DNA from: Okamejei kenojei
Taxonomy: Eukaryota
Length of the DNA: 64,000 bases
Direction of reading: 5' to 3'
Assembly: GCA_035221665.1 (NCBI GenBank)
Contig: CM069165.1
Coordinates: forward strand, 25,792,001 to 25,856,000
How positions within the stretch are numbered: the stretch's first letter is position 1; every line of letters begins with the position of its first letter. The notes under the pieces are model-generated. The model was not told where the DNA came from. It ran no database searches and saw only the letters and a list, made by a program, of their open reading frames with translations. Both the position numbers and the translations under genes were made by a program. Positions 12,748-25,914 of this stretch are shown in pieces.

Positions 12748-13045
12748 TAGTCGTGCAGCTAGTAGAACTGCTGCCTCATTACTCCAGTTATCTGGTTCAA
12801 TCTTGACCTTTGGTATGTCTTCATAGAGTTTGCATATTCTTCCCGTGGCCATATGGATTTCCACTGTTGGCTCTTGTTTCCTTCCACATCCCGAAGATGT
12901 GCAGGCTAGTAGATTAATTGGATACTGTAAATTTTCTCCAAATGTGGATGTGATGGGAATTGTAGAGAAGTATGTTACAAGAAAAATTGGGATTGCTCTA
13001 CGATCAACATGGATTTTGTGGGCTGCATGGCCTCTCTCCATGTGG
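12748..13045 (+). mobile_element. Old V-SINE
   Basis: Degenerate head and V-domain (gagtttgcatattcttcccgtg). Confidence 0.65.
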
Positions 13046-14115
13046 TTAGGAAATGTTATATAAGTTATTTGTTTTAGTTTTGGACACAGTTACAGTGAGC
13101 ACCAAATTATAGTACAATTCAATTAGTTTTTTAACATTTAAAATAAAGTTTGCAATCATTCCATGTATTGCCGCGACCCTTGTGGTTACGGGCTCATTTT
13201 ATAAATGGGAAACAAGTAGTCAATTTCCTGAGTGCATCCCATATATCATAGCAAGGGCTGTGGCGTGCACTGATGATGGAAACTATTGAGGACCACTGCT
13301 TTGAAAGATTGCTGGATATTTTTGGAGACTCATCTCATAAAGACTCAATTGCAATTAATACCTGCTCATGACAAGGATTTTTCTGCACAGCAATTCGGGA
13401 AAATAAGAAAAGGAAAATAACGCAGTTCCAAGTGATGGTTAAGTTGAAACTGAAATGTATGGAGAAAAGAACTTCTGGCAATGTGTGGATCTGAATTGGT
13501 TATCTGCAACTTGTAACTGGAATCAGATGGTAATTACAGGGTTACAAAATGCTGGAGTAACTCAGGGGGACAGGCAGCATCTCTGGAGAGAAGGAACGGG
13601 TGACGTTGCAGGTCAAGACCCTTCTTCCGACATTTATAGAATTAGGAGTTAGGGACCCTATTTGAAGAAACATCTGCAAAGTATGTTATTTGAATATATA
13701 GAAGGGGTAAAGTGCAATGTCTAAATGACCATCTCTTCTTTCGAAATCCCATACAGTGTGGGTGAACTGGCCAGGTGATACTAACGTTCATACATTGAAG
13801 CAATCAGCCTCCACAATCCCATATTGTGACTGAAGGTAGACTAAAGTTCCTGAGAAACTCAGCGGGTGCCGCAGCATATATGGAGCAAAGGAAATAGGCA
13901 ACGTTACGGGCTGAAACCCTTCTTCAGACTGACATGAGTCCAATGAACAAAAGTGCAAGACATCTCTGCCTAAAGTAATGGAAAGAATTCCAATTGACTT
14001 AACTGTATTCAATTGGATGTTCAGTGTGATGATTTGCACTGTGAAATTTGAATAAATAACAACTTAAGTAAGATATGTTCCTTATTAACATGACTCAACC
14101 ACAAGAATTTTTTAC

Positions 14116-14278
14116 CTCAAGTAATTGGTCACCATATTCAAGTCCTGCTTGATGAGCGATGCTTCCACCAATTACTTTTGAAACAAAAATGCCTCCATTT
14201 TCTCCACTGACAATGGAGATTCCAAGGGGCTCAGCTCCTTTCTGTACTGTCACATGACGGGGTTCATGTAGGTACGGC
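14116..14278 (-). CDS. DLG5: DLG5 exon, PDZ3 (PYLHEPRHVTVQKGAEPLGISI...DQLLE)
   Basis: Translated by hand; 163 nt, phase 2-0. Confidence 0.96.
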
Positions 14279-15254
14279 CTTTAAAACAAAATCACTTTAT
14301 AAGTGGTACAGTTGTTGAGATCTGCAGATACGATACTTAATTAAATGAGGCAAAATAAATTCTGCATAGATTCTGTTTTTAAACTCAGAAAATTGAACAG
14401 GTACTAAAAAATGGGGATTTAATCTGTTCCAGGCAGACATTTGTGTATGCAATGTGAATCGGACGCAGAAGGGCAAGTGGCCAACTGTTCTGTCACTGTG
14501 ACTGCGTTGGATCCAAGTGGAGACCTGTACTGCCCAGAGTTTATCCTTGTGTCACTAGCATTGAACACTAATGACAGAAAAACACACAAAGGTCTGGAGG
14601 AACTCAGTGGCAATTGCATGATCTGCTGAGTTCCTCCAGCACATTTCAAGATTTCACCATCTCCAGTCTCTATTTGTGATAGAATTGTCAGCAAGTTGTA
14701 TTCTGCCTCCAATTTTTAATTAACTGAAGCAAATGGATCACCGTGACCAATTATTTAATATGTCACGCAATATCAACAACAAGTGATTTTCTTGACATTT
14801 TTCCAGTGATCATTCTTACATTTTATTAAGCACACATGCAAATGGTCATTGTTAATGCATAGACCCTGGAATATATTTTGTATTTGGTCAGGTTTCTTAC
14901 AGTTTGAGCACAAGGCAAAGTGAACAGAATGCTTACTGCACACTAGCGTCATAATTCATGGAAGATAGGGCTATAAATGTCTCACAATTTTGGTATCTAT
15001 CCTGACAGCAACCAAAAAGGTAAAGATATACAAGAAATTTGCATTGCACAATTTTCCAGTCAATTAATTTTATTTGTGATATGTACATCTAAATCAACAT
15101 TGCCTAACTAGCTAAGTATTGCAAACACTTTGCCTTTACACTAATATTGCATTCTCAAATTCCTTCTGGAGGATCAATACCTGAGCTAACTAATATAGTG
15201 CAAATTATTAACGATGGAATCCCATTGTTACAAAATTGGAAGAAATTTGAGGGA

Positions 15255-15540
15255 AAAGTGGGAGGGTCTAGGACCAGAGGGCACAGCCTTAGAATCAAAG
15301 GACGTAACGTTAAAAAAGGAGATGAGGAGATCAGAGGGTGATATATCTGTGAAATTCATTGCAACAGACAGCTGTGGAGGACAAATCATTGGGCATTTTA
15401 ACGGCGGAGATTGACAGTCATATGGGTGTCAAGAGTTATAGGGAGAATGGGGTTGAGAGGGAAAGATAGATCAGCCATGATCCATCGTGGAATTGACTTG
15501 ATGGGCAAGATTGGCCTAATATTGCTCCAATTACATGAAA
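15255..15540 (+). mobile_element. CR1 3' fragment
   Basis: SRTRGHSLRIKG motif and CR1-type 3' UTR. Confidence 0.7.
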
Positions 15541-16166
15541 CATATGAAAATACGTGTTTCCATTGTTGATTTTATTTTTTTATTTCCATAAACATACTGG
15601 TAGACTCCTATAATGGTGGCTTCTATAATGGTGTTACTCCTATAATGGTGGCTTCTTATCTCATACTTTGCTAACCTGACTATTCTTCCACATGTAATCA
15701 CATATAAAATCTTGCTCAAGTGCTACATGCATTGCTAATGTTAGAGGTCAGAATAATTGGGTTAAACAGTCGTAAACAATATTGTTTTACCAGTACAACC
15801 AGTACCAGTTTTATTGACTATTCCTAACTTGTTCTTCTCTACAATATATTCCTATCCACTACTTATAGGACAAACCCTAATCATTGTTGCAATTAGTGAA
15901 ATACTGTGATTTCTAAATGCAGTACGCCACTTGACATAACATGGCAGAAGTTACTTTTCATTTTTTGCCACTGAGATAATGAAATAGCTGCTGCCAGGCA
16001 CACGAGAGTAACTCAAACACTTCTCAGCCTTGGCGAGATTAAAGCTGCCATGCAAGAGCTCCCAGACACAAAAAGCAATAATTACAAAATAGGAAATGAC
16101 ACACATAAGGAAATCAAGAAATACAAACAGGAAAGCAGAAAGCAAGCTAATTTTTAACAGGCCAAC

Positions 16167-16244
16167 CTCAGACTCCGAAGTGATGAGAATCGAGGCCTAG
16201 AAGTGAGAGGAATTCTCAGAAAGGACCTATTACGGAAAAGGTAT
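16167..16244 (-). CDS. DLG5: Putative DLG5 cassette exon (YLFRNRSFLRIPLTSRPRFSSLRSLR)
   Basis: Strong acceptor ctgacccttttcag, GAG|gttggc donor, 78 nt, phase 2-2, open in the required frame. Confidence 0.75.
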
Positions 16245-17547
16245 CTGAAAAGGGTCAGAATTAGACAAAAAGAGTCGAAGAGAAAGTTATCAGGAAGTTT
16301 GAAGATGTCCTCTTTTAAAGTAAGGTACTAGAGAGTACAAAACAGTGAAAACACTTTTCAAAGTTAAAAACTTTTCAAAGTTTCAAAGTTAAAAGTTGTT
16401 CAATAAAATCAATTAGTATCAACATAATTGTGAAGTTATGCTCCAAGCCTCTTTAGGAATAATAAAACTCAGTTTAAATACAAATGGCTATCTCTATTAA
16501 CTCTGCATTTCAGAATCAGAACTCAACAGACAATGTTACCATGGAATTGAGGCAGTAATATAAATCCAAGCTTTAAAAAATAGATGGTATTTGTAACAAC
16601 ATTCTTAATTAGTCTGGTTTCATTTAAATTTGCATAATTTGAATTATTAGCATATTGCAACCATTACTTTACATTCTGTATCTATGCTATCAAAATTGTC
16701 ATACCTATGGATCAATCATTTTCTGCAATTTAGAAATAGTGTTAAGGTTCCAAGTATTATGTTAGTCTAGATTAATACATTTCAATAATAAGTAACAAAC
16801 CCAATATTAACAGTGCTGCGCTTTTAGCAATTTACAGAGCTTACAAGTATTTTGACCCATCAGCTCCAAGTGAAGGAGATAGTTCAGTCAATGTAGAACG
16901 ACTACAACCATAAAGCCACACAATTGTTCTCAAACTTCATCACTTCACTGTAGTTTGATCTTTCAATGTCACATATACTTTGTTTTCCCTGGAGCAAAGA
17001 AGGCCTGAGGTGAGTTCATAAAAGTATATAAGATTGAGAGTCATGGATAGTCAGAACCTTTTTCCCCCTTAGTAGATAATAAAAACAAGAGGACATAGGT
17101 TTAAAGGCGAAGGGAAGGAGTTTCAGAAAAGGGAGGAAGTATATTCATCTCATCAGATTTATGGAAAATTTGTGCTTCTCAGGCAGATCTTGTTATTTCT
17201 CTAAAATGTTATATTGTCAGCTATTGTCAACTACTTTTCATTGACTTTTTTTGAAAAAATGAACATGTTATGGAGTCTGATCTTTCCAAAGACATCATGG
17301 CAAGCGGGACAATTACATGTTTAAGATAATGTAAATGTAAATATTTAAATATGCCTTAATTTGAATTAATTATACTTTCACTTTTAAATGTTAATAAGAA
17401 ATGTTTTAGGACTGGATTGCTTAATCTAATTTCCTAAATGGAGACTGACCAGTAATCACCAATTCCATTATAAATCTATTTGTTTTAATGGAATACCATC
17501 AGAAAGCTTGTCACTCATCACGAGGCACATACAATCTCACCATTGAC

Positions 17548-17846
17548 AGGGGTGCAGAGGTAGGATTGCTGCCATACAGTGCCAGAGACCCAGGTTCGAT
17601 CCTGACTAGGGGTGCTGTCTGTATAGAGTTTGCACATTCACCCCGTGACCCTCATGGGGTTTCTACGGGTACTTCAGTTTCCTCCCACACTCCATAGACG
17701 CACAGGCTTGTAGGTTAATTGGCTTTGGTAAAATTGCAAATTGTCCATTGTGTGTAGCATAGTGTTAGTGTACGGGTATTGCTGGTCAGCGTGGGCTAGG
17801 TGGGCTGAAGGGCCTGTTTCCAGGCTGTATCTCTAAACTAAACTAA
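17548..17846 (+). mobile_element. tRNA-derived V-SINE (HE1-like)
   Basis: ggttcgatcc B-box, V-domain, (ctaaa)n tail. Confidence 0.87.
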
Positions 17847-17938
17847 TACTAAGACAACTGACCAATTATAAATAATACATCAGAAGGAAAGTGACAGAAC
17901 TAAAGAGATTCTATACAAATATGACATGCTGCTCATAC

Positions 17939-18095
17939 CTGTCTTTCCTGTAATCTCCAGTTGACACAGGGCTGATGGAGATCTTAGTGAGAGAAGAAAT
18001 GGAACTCTGTGATTGGCTGCTGCCGAATGAAGAAGTTTCTAGATTCATGGGTGACTGCGGAGGTGTAATCAAACTCGGACTGCTTCTCTCAGAAC
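17939..18095 (-). CDS. DLG5: DLG5 exon (GSERSSPSLITPPQSP...YRKDR)
   Basis: atcag acceptor, CAG|gtatga donor, 157 nt, phase 1-2. Confidence 0.93.
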
Positions 18096-19919
18096 CTGAT
18101 TGAAAACATATCAAAGTGAAAGAGGGTAATGCAGAAAAACTGCTCTGTAAAACTGACGCGCCCAATTGCATTTTCTTTGAGGAGTATTTGATTTAATCTG
18201 AAATGCATCTCCAGTATCAAGTCATTGATGGGAATTTTTGAAAAAATATCGCTGCCATCAATCAGCCAGCTTGCCCAGACTGTTCATGACAGCGTGCAAC
18301 AAGCTGCCATGAATGTTGGCAGCCATCCTGTCAAATTTTACAGCTCTGCTCCAGAGAAGCTCATGCAACAGAAACTGTTTCAGTGTGCCAAAATCCTATT
18401 GCAGTGTAGGCCCCTCATAGATTTCTAGTTGAGGCAGATACAGGAGATTTGCTATACATGAATATAGCCTTCTGCTGAGATTCCTCTGCCCTACTCTCTC
18501 ACTTTCTCGAAACCACCCTATTTTGCATGCCCTCTGCTCATTCTGCCAGTCATACAGTGTTTCATGGAGAATAACTACCACTGCACCAATTATAGAGTGT
18601 AGGAAGGAACTGCAGGTGCTGGTTTACACCAAAGATAGACACAAAAAGCTGGAGTAACTCAACGAGTCAGGCAGCTTCTCTGGAGAAAAGGAATAGGTGA
18701 TGTTTTGGGTCGTGACCCTTATTCAGATTTGAGAGTCGGAGGAAAGAGAAACGAGAGATATGGATGTTGATGTAGAGAGATATAGAACAAATGAATTAAA
18801 AATATGCAAAAAGGTAAAGATCAAGGAAAATGTCCATTGTTAGCTGTGTGTGGTTAGGTGTTAACGAGTTATACAGACTATGAAACTCACCTGGACGACA
18901 GTGAAGCTAATACAACGACTAGGACGGGGGAGGGACAGAGAGAGGGGATGCAAGGGTTACCCTAGAGTGTCTTATCTTTAAATCATGACAATACCCCGTC
19001 AGCATCTACTATAACACGCCTTCAAAAACTAAATCTAGAAAGCGCCAAACAACCAGCAAAATGCCAATTGAAATCACAGCCTGACCTGCAACCTGCAAGT
19101 CAATGGGCGAGGTTTTCAGCGTGCTAACAGCCAAGTAACCAGACAGTTACCACAGCAACATCATAATGTACATAAAAAGGGCAAGTGGAGCTTTGCATTT
19201 AATTGGAAACCAAAACGATTATAAAATACTCGCAAAATTGTCTCATTCCTTTTACACACTGGCATTTACAAACATTTACAACTTGTAGAGTTCAAATATG
19301 TGATTTAAGTGAATAAGATTTCTAAATTTACTCATTGAAAATACAAGGTGCATTGTTCTCCTGTCAGAGGGGCAAATTTATTCGTCGCTAAAAAGCCTGA
19401 CTAGCGCCTTGGTTCAGTTTTCATGCCCAGACCGAAACCAAACAAGAAATAAAATGAGTAACTAAGTGGATAGTGCTGACCTCACCCAGTAAGTCAGGTG
19501 GCAACTCAAGAGAACATGGATAGGCGACCTTTTAGGTCAGGATTTCTTCAGACTGATTGTAGTCGGGGAGGGAGGGAGGGAGGGAGAGAGAAAGCTGGTG
19601 AGGGATAGGACAGAGTCTGGCAATGTGTCAAACATTACCCCACCCCACCCCCACTATAATCTGTCTGAAGAAATGTCCCGACCTGAAACCTCGCCTATCC
19701 ATGTCCTCCAGATAGGCTGCCCGACCAGCTTTGTTACTCAAGCACTTTCTGTCCTTTGTGGAAAATCAGCATCTACGGTTCCTTGTCTAGAAATATATCC
19801 TCCCAAAAATAACAGTTTTTACAGTTGACAACAAAACCGTACTACAAATACCTAAAATAGTCTACCCACAATAGCTCTACTTTTTTCTGTAGTGTGCAAG
19901 AAAATGTGTCTCTTACTTC

Positions 19920-20010
19920 TCATAATCATAATCATACTTTATTAGCCAAGTATGTTTTGCAACATACGAGGAAATTGATTTGCCATACAGTCATACTAAT
20001 AAAAAACAGC
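19920..20010 (-). mobile_element. Tail-only copy of the 3163-3885 family
   Basis: Reverse complement of about 3800-3885, including the GTATGTT-GCAA-AACATAC hairpin. Confidence 0.8.
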
Positions 20011-20455
20011 CGATATTAATTATTCTGGTACAGATATAAATACAACTATTAAAAATCAAATGGAATTTGGCTAACAGAATCTCAACTGGAATCCATCTCC
20101 TGGGATGCTGTAAAAATATGAGCAAGATACCAGTTATGGGTGAACTATTATTAAAGTAACTTCACAGCCGTTACGAGGGCTTACACATATTGTAAACCGC
20201 TGACATATAATTCAAGCAGCAAATAATTCAAATAGCAAATTTCCCAAGAAACACAAAGTGGATTATTATAAATTGTCACTGCAATATTTTTCCACTACAA
20301 ACCCTTCAACTGATGATGCTTACGACATGCTCAATGTAACACATGCACTTATTTCTAAATGCCTCCTTTCTGTGCTGTGGGGATATAGGGAAAAATGCAG
20401 GAAGAATAACAAACAAATAATTTGTGATCCTCTAATGAGTAGTGCAGGGTATTAC

Positions 20456-20557
20456 CTCTGTCAGAGCCTGTAGTCAATCGGGGATACCTTGTGTTGGAGG
20501 GGATTCGAATCCGTCCACTTTTACTGGGAGCAAAAGCCAGGCTGCTTGATGAACCAG
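20456..20557 (-). CDS. DLG5: DLG5 linker exon (GSSSSL...RIRIPSNTRYPR...SDR)
   Basis: tgtcag acceptor, GAG|gtaat donor, 102 nt, phase 1-1; preceded by a 90-nt intron. Confidence 0.9.
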
Positions 20558-20647
20558 CTGACAAATCAAAAGGTACAGTGAACATTCTTTTGCAAAGAAA
20601 TAGGGCAGATCTAAAACAAGATCAAAAGTGCAGAAGTGAGGAATTAC

Positions 20648-20778
20648 CGATACGTGCACTGGCTGGCAAAGATTGTGTTCCGTGTGGTGTTGTGCCTCTG
20701 GAAGACTTGGACAAATCATTCGAATGGTTGTGGTCTGGGCCGGTCAGATCCAGGCTGTGATGTGCATGATGCTGTGGA
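20648..20778 (-). CDS. DLG5: DLG5 linker exon (PQHHAHHSLDL...SLPASARI)
   Basis: gtgtag acceptor, gtaat donor, 131 nt, phase 2-1. Confidence 0.9.
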
Positions 20779-22162
20779 CTACACAAAACATTTAGGACTT
20801 TCATACTCATTTAAAAAAATATATATATTGAATAAAATATTGCATTAAAGGAGAGAAATGTAGAAATAATAATTAACAATAAATGCATTTAACTGCCCAA
20901 TTAGTGAAGAAAATAAAACAACCAATATTCTATTTCTTCATTTATTCTATTTCTTCAAAGTTCATTTATTCTATTTCTTCAAAGTTGATGCAATCTGCCA
21001 CTTTCAGTTTCACTGACAAGTATATCTAGCCCATAAAAAAGCTCTTGCAGGCATCCTCAATGTATCACTGGCCAGGCAATCTTCCTTCTTAGCCTCCATT
21101 GTAGTTTATATTGCAAAAAACATCACCCTTCAAGTAATGTCCCTTCAAAGCTGCAATTATCTACCTTCAAAAATGTACTCTTTGGATCTGCGTTCCCCAT
21201 ACCTCCTGGGAAAAAAGCCGCTAAAGGCAACAATGACGAGAATTCAAAGATACTTAATTGGCTCTTTGTCACTGCAGGATATGAAAAGCCCGACTTTGCA
21301 GGAGCACCATTTTCAATGCTGGTTACCATGGCATCAATTTAAAGCAGTTCCATAACATACATCTTGTATTTGAAATTTTCAATGTCGGGTACAGGTGTAT
21401 AAATTATATGTCTTTCAGAAGGATGTAATCTTACCTAAAACCTTCAAAGGTATGCATGGATTCAGGAAAGCAAATTGCACTCTGAGGTCTATGCCGAGTC
21501 CGTGGAGAACTAGGAAAGCTTTCAGTTGGTGAATGGTTCCTTGTTCTACATTAAACCGGACAAAAACAAACCATAAATAATCGAAGGATGTTTCTGACCC
21601 AATGAACAATACCAAAATCAGAATTTTCATATGAAGGAACTATAATTTTGCATTTAAAACAAAATAGAAATTGTTATGTATTGCCCAGAACAATAACAAC
21701 GTGTAAGTAATTTATCAGTGACTTATAAACGAACTGGATATAATTTCATAAATGTAATAGAAAAATAGAAATATAACAGAATTACATAAAATTATAATAG
21801 AAATAATTGAGTGTTGTTTTTTTCTACAAAAGATGTGCAGAAAGAAACTGCACAAGCTTCTCAACAGGGTCAGAATACAATGATTAATATCGGTTTTGAG
21901 CCAATTACATCAAATCAAACTCAAATTCACAAATGATTATCTGGTTTAGCACTGGTATGTGCATAGGCCTAGTAACAGGTCTCTCTGGACATATTGCAAG
22001 CATATACACATATTAGGTGCAGCAAATAGACCATGATAGCATTTTATTCATTTGTATTTTTGTAAATTGTCAAATACCACTAGATGCCTCAGCAGAGGAA
22101 GGGAATTTAGACTGGAATTTGAAATTGGAATTTGCTAACCAAGTATGTTGGTTGATTAATAC

Positions 22163-22316
22163 CTATGTTGTGGATGTGGATAGCACATCTGACTCGCCAT
22201 GGAGGGGTAGTTGTTGCTGTGGACCATGCGACTGCGCACAGTGAAGAAAGGAACATTTGGATTTCGCAGAACCGCTGTCACCGCTGGACAAGGCACAAAG
22301 CTCCTCTGTGCACTGC
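22163..22316 (-). CDS. DLG5: DLG5 linker exon (GSAQRSFVPCPAVTAVLRNP...HPQH)
   Basis: Translated by hand; LRNP..TVRS motif; 154 nt, phase 1-2. Confidence 0.88.
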
Positions 22317-23507
22317 CTGCATTTAAAAGAGGGAAAATTAATTTAAATGGTCACACATACTAAAGGAGAACATTAATAGCTTCTCTACCCTCCATATCAG
22401 AAACTCATCTTCTGTATCCTTCACTTCAATGCCAGCATTTCCCTGCACAAATGCCACTAAGTTTACAATTCTTTCTTTGAAGAGAGGTTCTGAAATTGTT
22501 GGCATGGGCACTAGCTTATTCCTGACGGCATCTTGAGGTCATGCTCCCCATTGGCTCATAAGTTCATAAGTGATAAGAGCAGAATTAGGTCAATTGGCCC
22601 ATCGTCTACTCCGCCATTCAATCATGACCTATCTATCTGTCCCTCAACCCCATTCTCCTGCCTTCTCCCCACAACCCCAGACTCCTGCAGTAGAGCACAT
22701 TAAGTCCCCAGCAAATCTGCATGGAATCTTTCACAAAGTTAATGCGCTATTCAGCTCAGAAACAGATCCTTCCCCCAACTGAACAATGCTGATGAAGTTG
22801 CTTCACACAGCTAGTCCCACTTGCCTGCACCTGACCCATATCTCTCCAGACCTCTGTGACCATTCACCTTATCTACGCTCCTCATAATTCCATTCATTTG
22901 AGTGGTAAGGAAAATGTATCTAATTTTCTTTCCATTTTTTTGGTTTTCATATAAACAAGCCTAATGTGTTTTAAAAATCACTTAAATTAAAATAGTTTTT
23001 TGCATGTTTGAACACTCAGAAAATGCTAGTTAAGCCCAGCCAGTTATCAAAGATGCTACTCAACTCGTTTGCAGGCAGGGCTAATTCCCTCAATCTCTTC
23101 CCTCTCGACCCATATCATTAATTCCTGGAAGGTCCTTTCATCACACAGGGCCTCACAATGGAGGAAAGGATGCTGCCTTGAGCAGTATGATAGCCTCAGG
23201 AGATCAATATGGATTCATGCCAACATTATATCATAGATACGAGTCGAGTACGTAAGGTCAGACTGACTGCAAAATCCCAGGCATTAGTTCAACTGACACT
23301 TAACCAATGATTCATAGGAACAGGGTTAACTTGTATGCCTTTGTACTCGTGTCTTTTCCGAAAAAGTTAAACTACACTTTTGTAATAATGCTTCAAGAAA
23401 GAAATGCATCCAATCCAATCACCACTTCAAAATGGTAAAAGGATTGCAAATGTGTTTCTTACTAAAGCAACAAATATTTCAAGATTTTGTTTTTTTTGTG
23501 AACTAAC

Positions 23508-23685
23508 CTGAACCTGAATTATATGTTGTTGATGTGTAACCAGCACTTTGCCTGTGTGCGCGTTTCGGTGCGTAACGGTGCCATTCCTGTGGCTCCGCAG
23601 ATAGACGTTCTTCACTTGAATTGTACCTGGGAACCGGGGAGCTAGATGTGCGACTCTCATAGAGCAAATGAGGGTCAACACTTTC
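23508..23685 (-). CDS. DLG5: DLG5 linker exon (ESVDPHLL...YNSGS)
   Basis: cacag acceptor, CAG|gttagt donor, 178 nt, phase 0-1; LSAEPQEW resembles human LSPELQEW. Confidence 0.8.
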
Positions 23686-23814
23686 CTGTGAATATAAATA
23701 AATATTTGCCTTCAAATCATTAATAGTCATCTGTCACTCATAAAAAATAAAGCATTTCCAAATTATTTTCTGAACATGCCTTTCATACACTTTATGTACC
23801 TGTAATTAGTTATT

Positions 23815-24078
23815 CGTTTTTAGTTTAGTTTGCAGATACAGCACAGAAACAGGCCCTTCGGCCCACAGAGTCCGCGCCGACCAGCGATCCCCGCACACCA
23901 ACACTGTCCTACCCTCCAGGTACAATTTAAGATAGACACAAAAAGCTGGAGTAACTCAGCGGGACAGGCAACATCTCTGGAGACAATTTACATTTATACC
24001 ATGCCAATTAACTGACAAACATGTACGTCTTTGGGGTGTGGAAGGAAACCGAAAATCTCAGAGTAATCCCACGCAGGT
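23815..24078 (-). mobile_element. 5'-truncated V-SINE with a nested Penelope-derived insert
   Basis: (tttag)n tail and V-domain; insert 23930-23982 between ACAATTTA repeats. Confidence 0.8.
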
Positions 24079-24439
24079 TGGGATAGAGGTTGGGATAATG
24101 AAAATCAATTGCACTCCTCACATTATTTCCATTATAACTTCTCAATATCCTTCTCATTTCTCATGCAATTATAAAGAACTGCCCATCTTGGAATATACAA
24201 TAATAGAACCATTTCCAACTCTTCAGTAGACCTTGCAGTCTTGCCACAAATCCAAATGGGTGAGTCTATTTAATTATTTTTTCACTAATTATTTCAATCC
24301 AAGTAAACATGTTTTTATACCAACCAATTTATTAGACACAAATTCCCCTCTCTCATAACACTAGAGAGAATCAAATTAACTAATCCAATTTGAAAGCCAA
24401 GAACTAATTATCACAATGTCATTCATTATTTTCCACACG

Positions 24440-25338
24440 CAAGAAAAAGCCAGGGAACTGCAGACCAGTGAGCCTAATATCTGTGGGAGCCAAGTTACAG
24501 GACAGTATTCTGAGCAATAAGATATATATACATTTGGACAGACAGGGGCTGATTAGAGAGAGGCAGCACGGTTTTGTACGTGGGAGATCTCGTCTCACGA
24601 ATCTGATAAAATGTTTAAGTAACTAAAAATGTTGACGCCAGAGCCATAGATGTTGTCTTTATGGACTTCAGCAAGGCATTGGATAAGGTTCCACAGAACA
24701 GACTGCTCGGAAAGGTTAAATCACATGGGATCCTGTAGCAGACTGGATACAGATTGGCTTCATGGAAGGGAGCAGAGGGTTGATGGTGGAATGTTGTTAT
24801 TCGGAAAGAAGGCTTGTGATAGTGGTGTGTCTCAGCGATCAGTGCTGGGCCCTTTGCTGTTTGTGGTTTAAATCTCTAATTTGGATGAGAATGCACAAGG
24901 CACGATTAATAAGATTGCAGATGCCATAGAAGTGCGGGACGGTGGTGCAGCGGTAGAGTTGCTGCCTTACAGCGAATGCAGCGCCGGAGACTGGGGGTTC
25001 GATCCTGACTACGGGTGCTGCCTGTACGGAGTTTGCATGTTCTCCCCATGACCTGCGTGGGTTTTCTCTGAGATCTTCGGTTTCCTTCCACACTCCAAAG
25101 ATGGACAGGTATGTAGGTTAATTGGCTTGGTAAATGTAAAAATTGTCCCTAGTGGCTATAGGATATCCTAATGTGGGGGGATCGCTGGTCGGCGCGGACC
25201 CGGTGGACCGAAAGGGCCTGTTTCCACCTATATCTCTAAATGCTAAGTGGGTGGCATCGTAGATAGTGAAGATTAATGTAGATGGGGCGTGTTGGCTGGC
25301 ATGGGCAAGTTAGGCCAAACGCTGTATAACTCTATGAC
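24440..25338 (+). mobile_element. Decayed CR1 RT fragment interrupted by a V-SINE
   Basis: MDFSKALDKVP- and SVLGPLLF-like remnants; CR1 sequence resumes after 25240. Confidence 0.75.
24934..25240 (+). mobile_element. tRNA-derived V-SINE (HE1-like)
   Basis: Full head ggtggtgcagcggtagag, B-box, V-domain, tail. Confidence 0.88.
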
Positions 25339-25914
25339 GCATGAAATTCGTTGCCTTCGGTCTATTTTTACAAGGCAACTGGCAGAAGTCTTATGAAAGC
25401 AACACCGGTCATGGCCTTTAAAGAGCGGACTGAGACCCATCAAGAAATCAGACCTTAGGGTCAAATGCACCACACCCCATCAGGACAAGAGAAGTTACTA
25501 TTTTAATTGTCAGTTTCACCAAGTAGTGGGTGTTAACATTGACTGATCTGATGAATGTTCCCCATCAACATAGCGTAAGACCTAAAGAGTCTCATGTCCA
25601 CTGACTGCTCCATCCAATTCATTTCAAAAAGTCAGTCATTCTAGTTGGCATTTTTCTGGTTTTTGATGATCAGCACATTCTCTCAAAAAGTGAAGGCTAA
25701 ATAGTTACAAGCAGCTGCAAATATACAGAAATGCTACTTCCGAAGCACGATCTCCATTCCCAATCGCTCCCCCACCACCAAACGGCACTGTGCAATCGAC
25801 TCAGATAAGCATTAAAGCGAAGATCACGTAATTATCTGTAATTGCTCCCATGCTTATCAGATTTACACCAACATAGTGACACTACAATAATAATTGATGT
25901 CATTTACAAATTAC

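Noticed and set aside
21123-21329. Minus-strand ORF with strong Kozak context (GCCATGG) as an alternative DLG5 exon
   Set aside because: The nearby acceptors give the wrong phase, the only phase-compatible donor (GG|gtgatg) is weak, and there is no DLG5 similarity.
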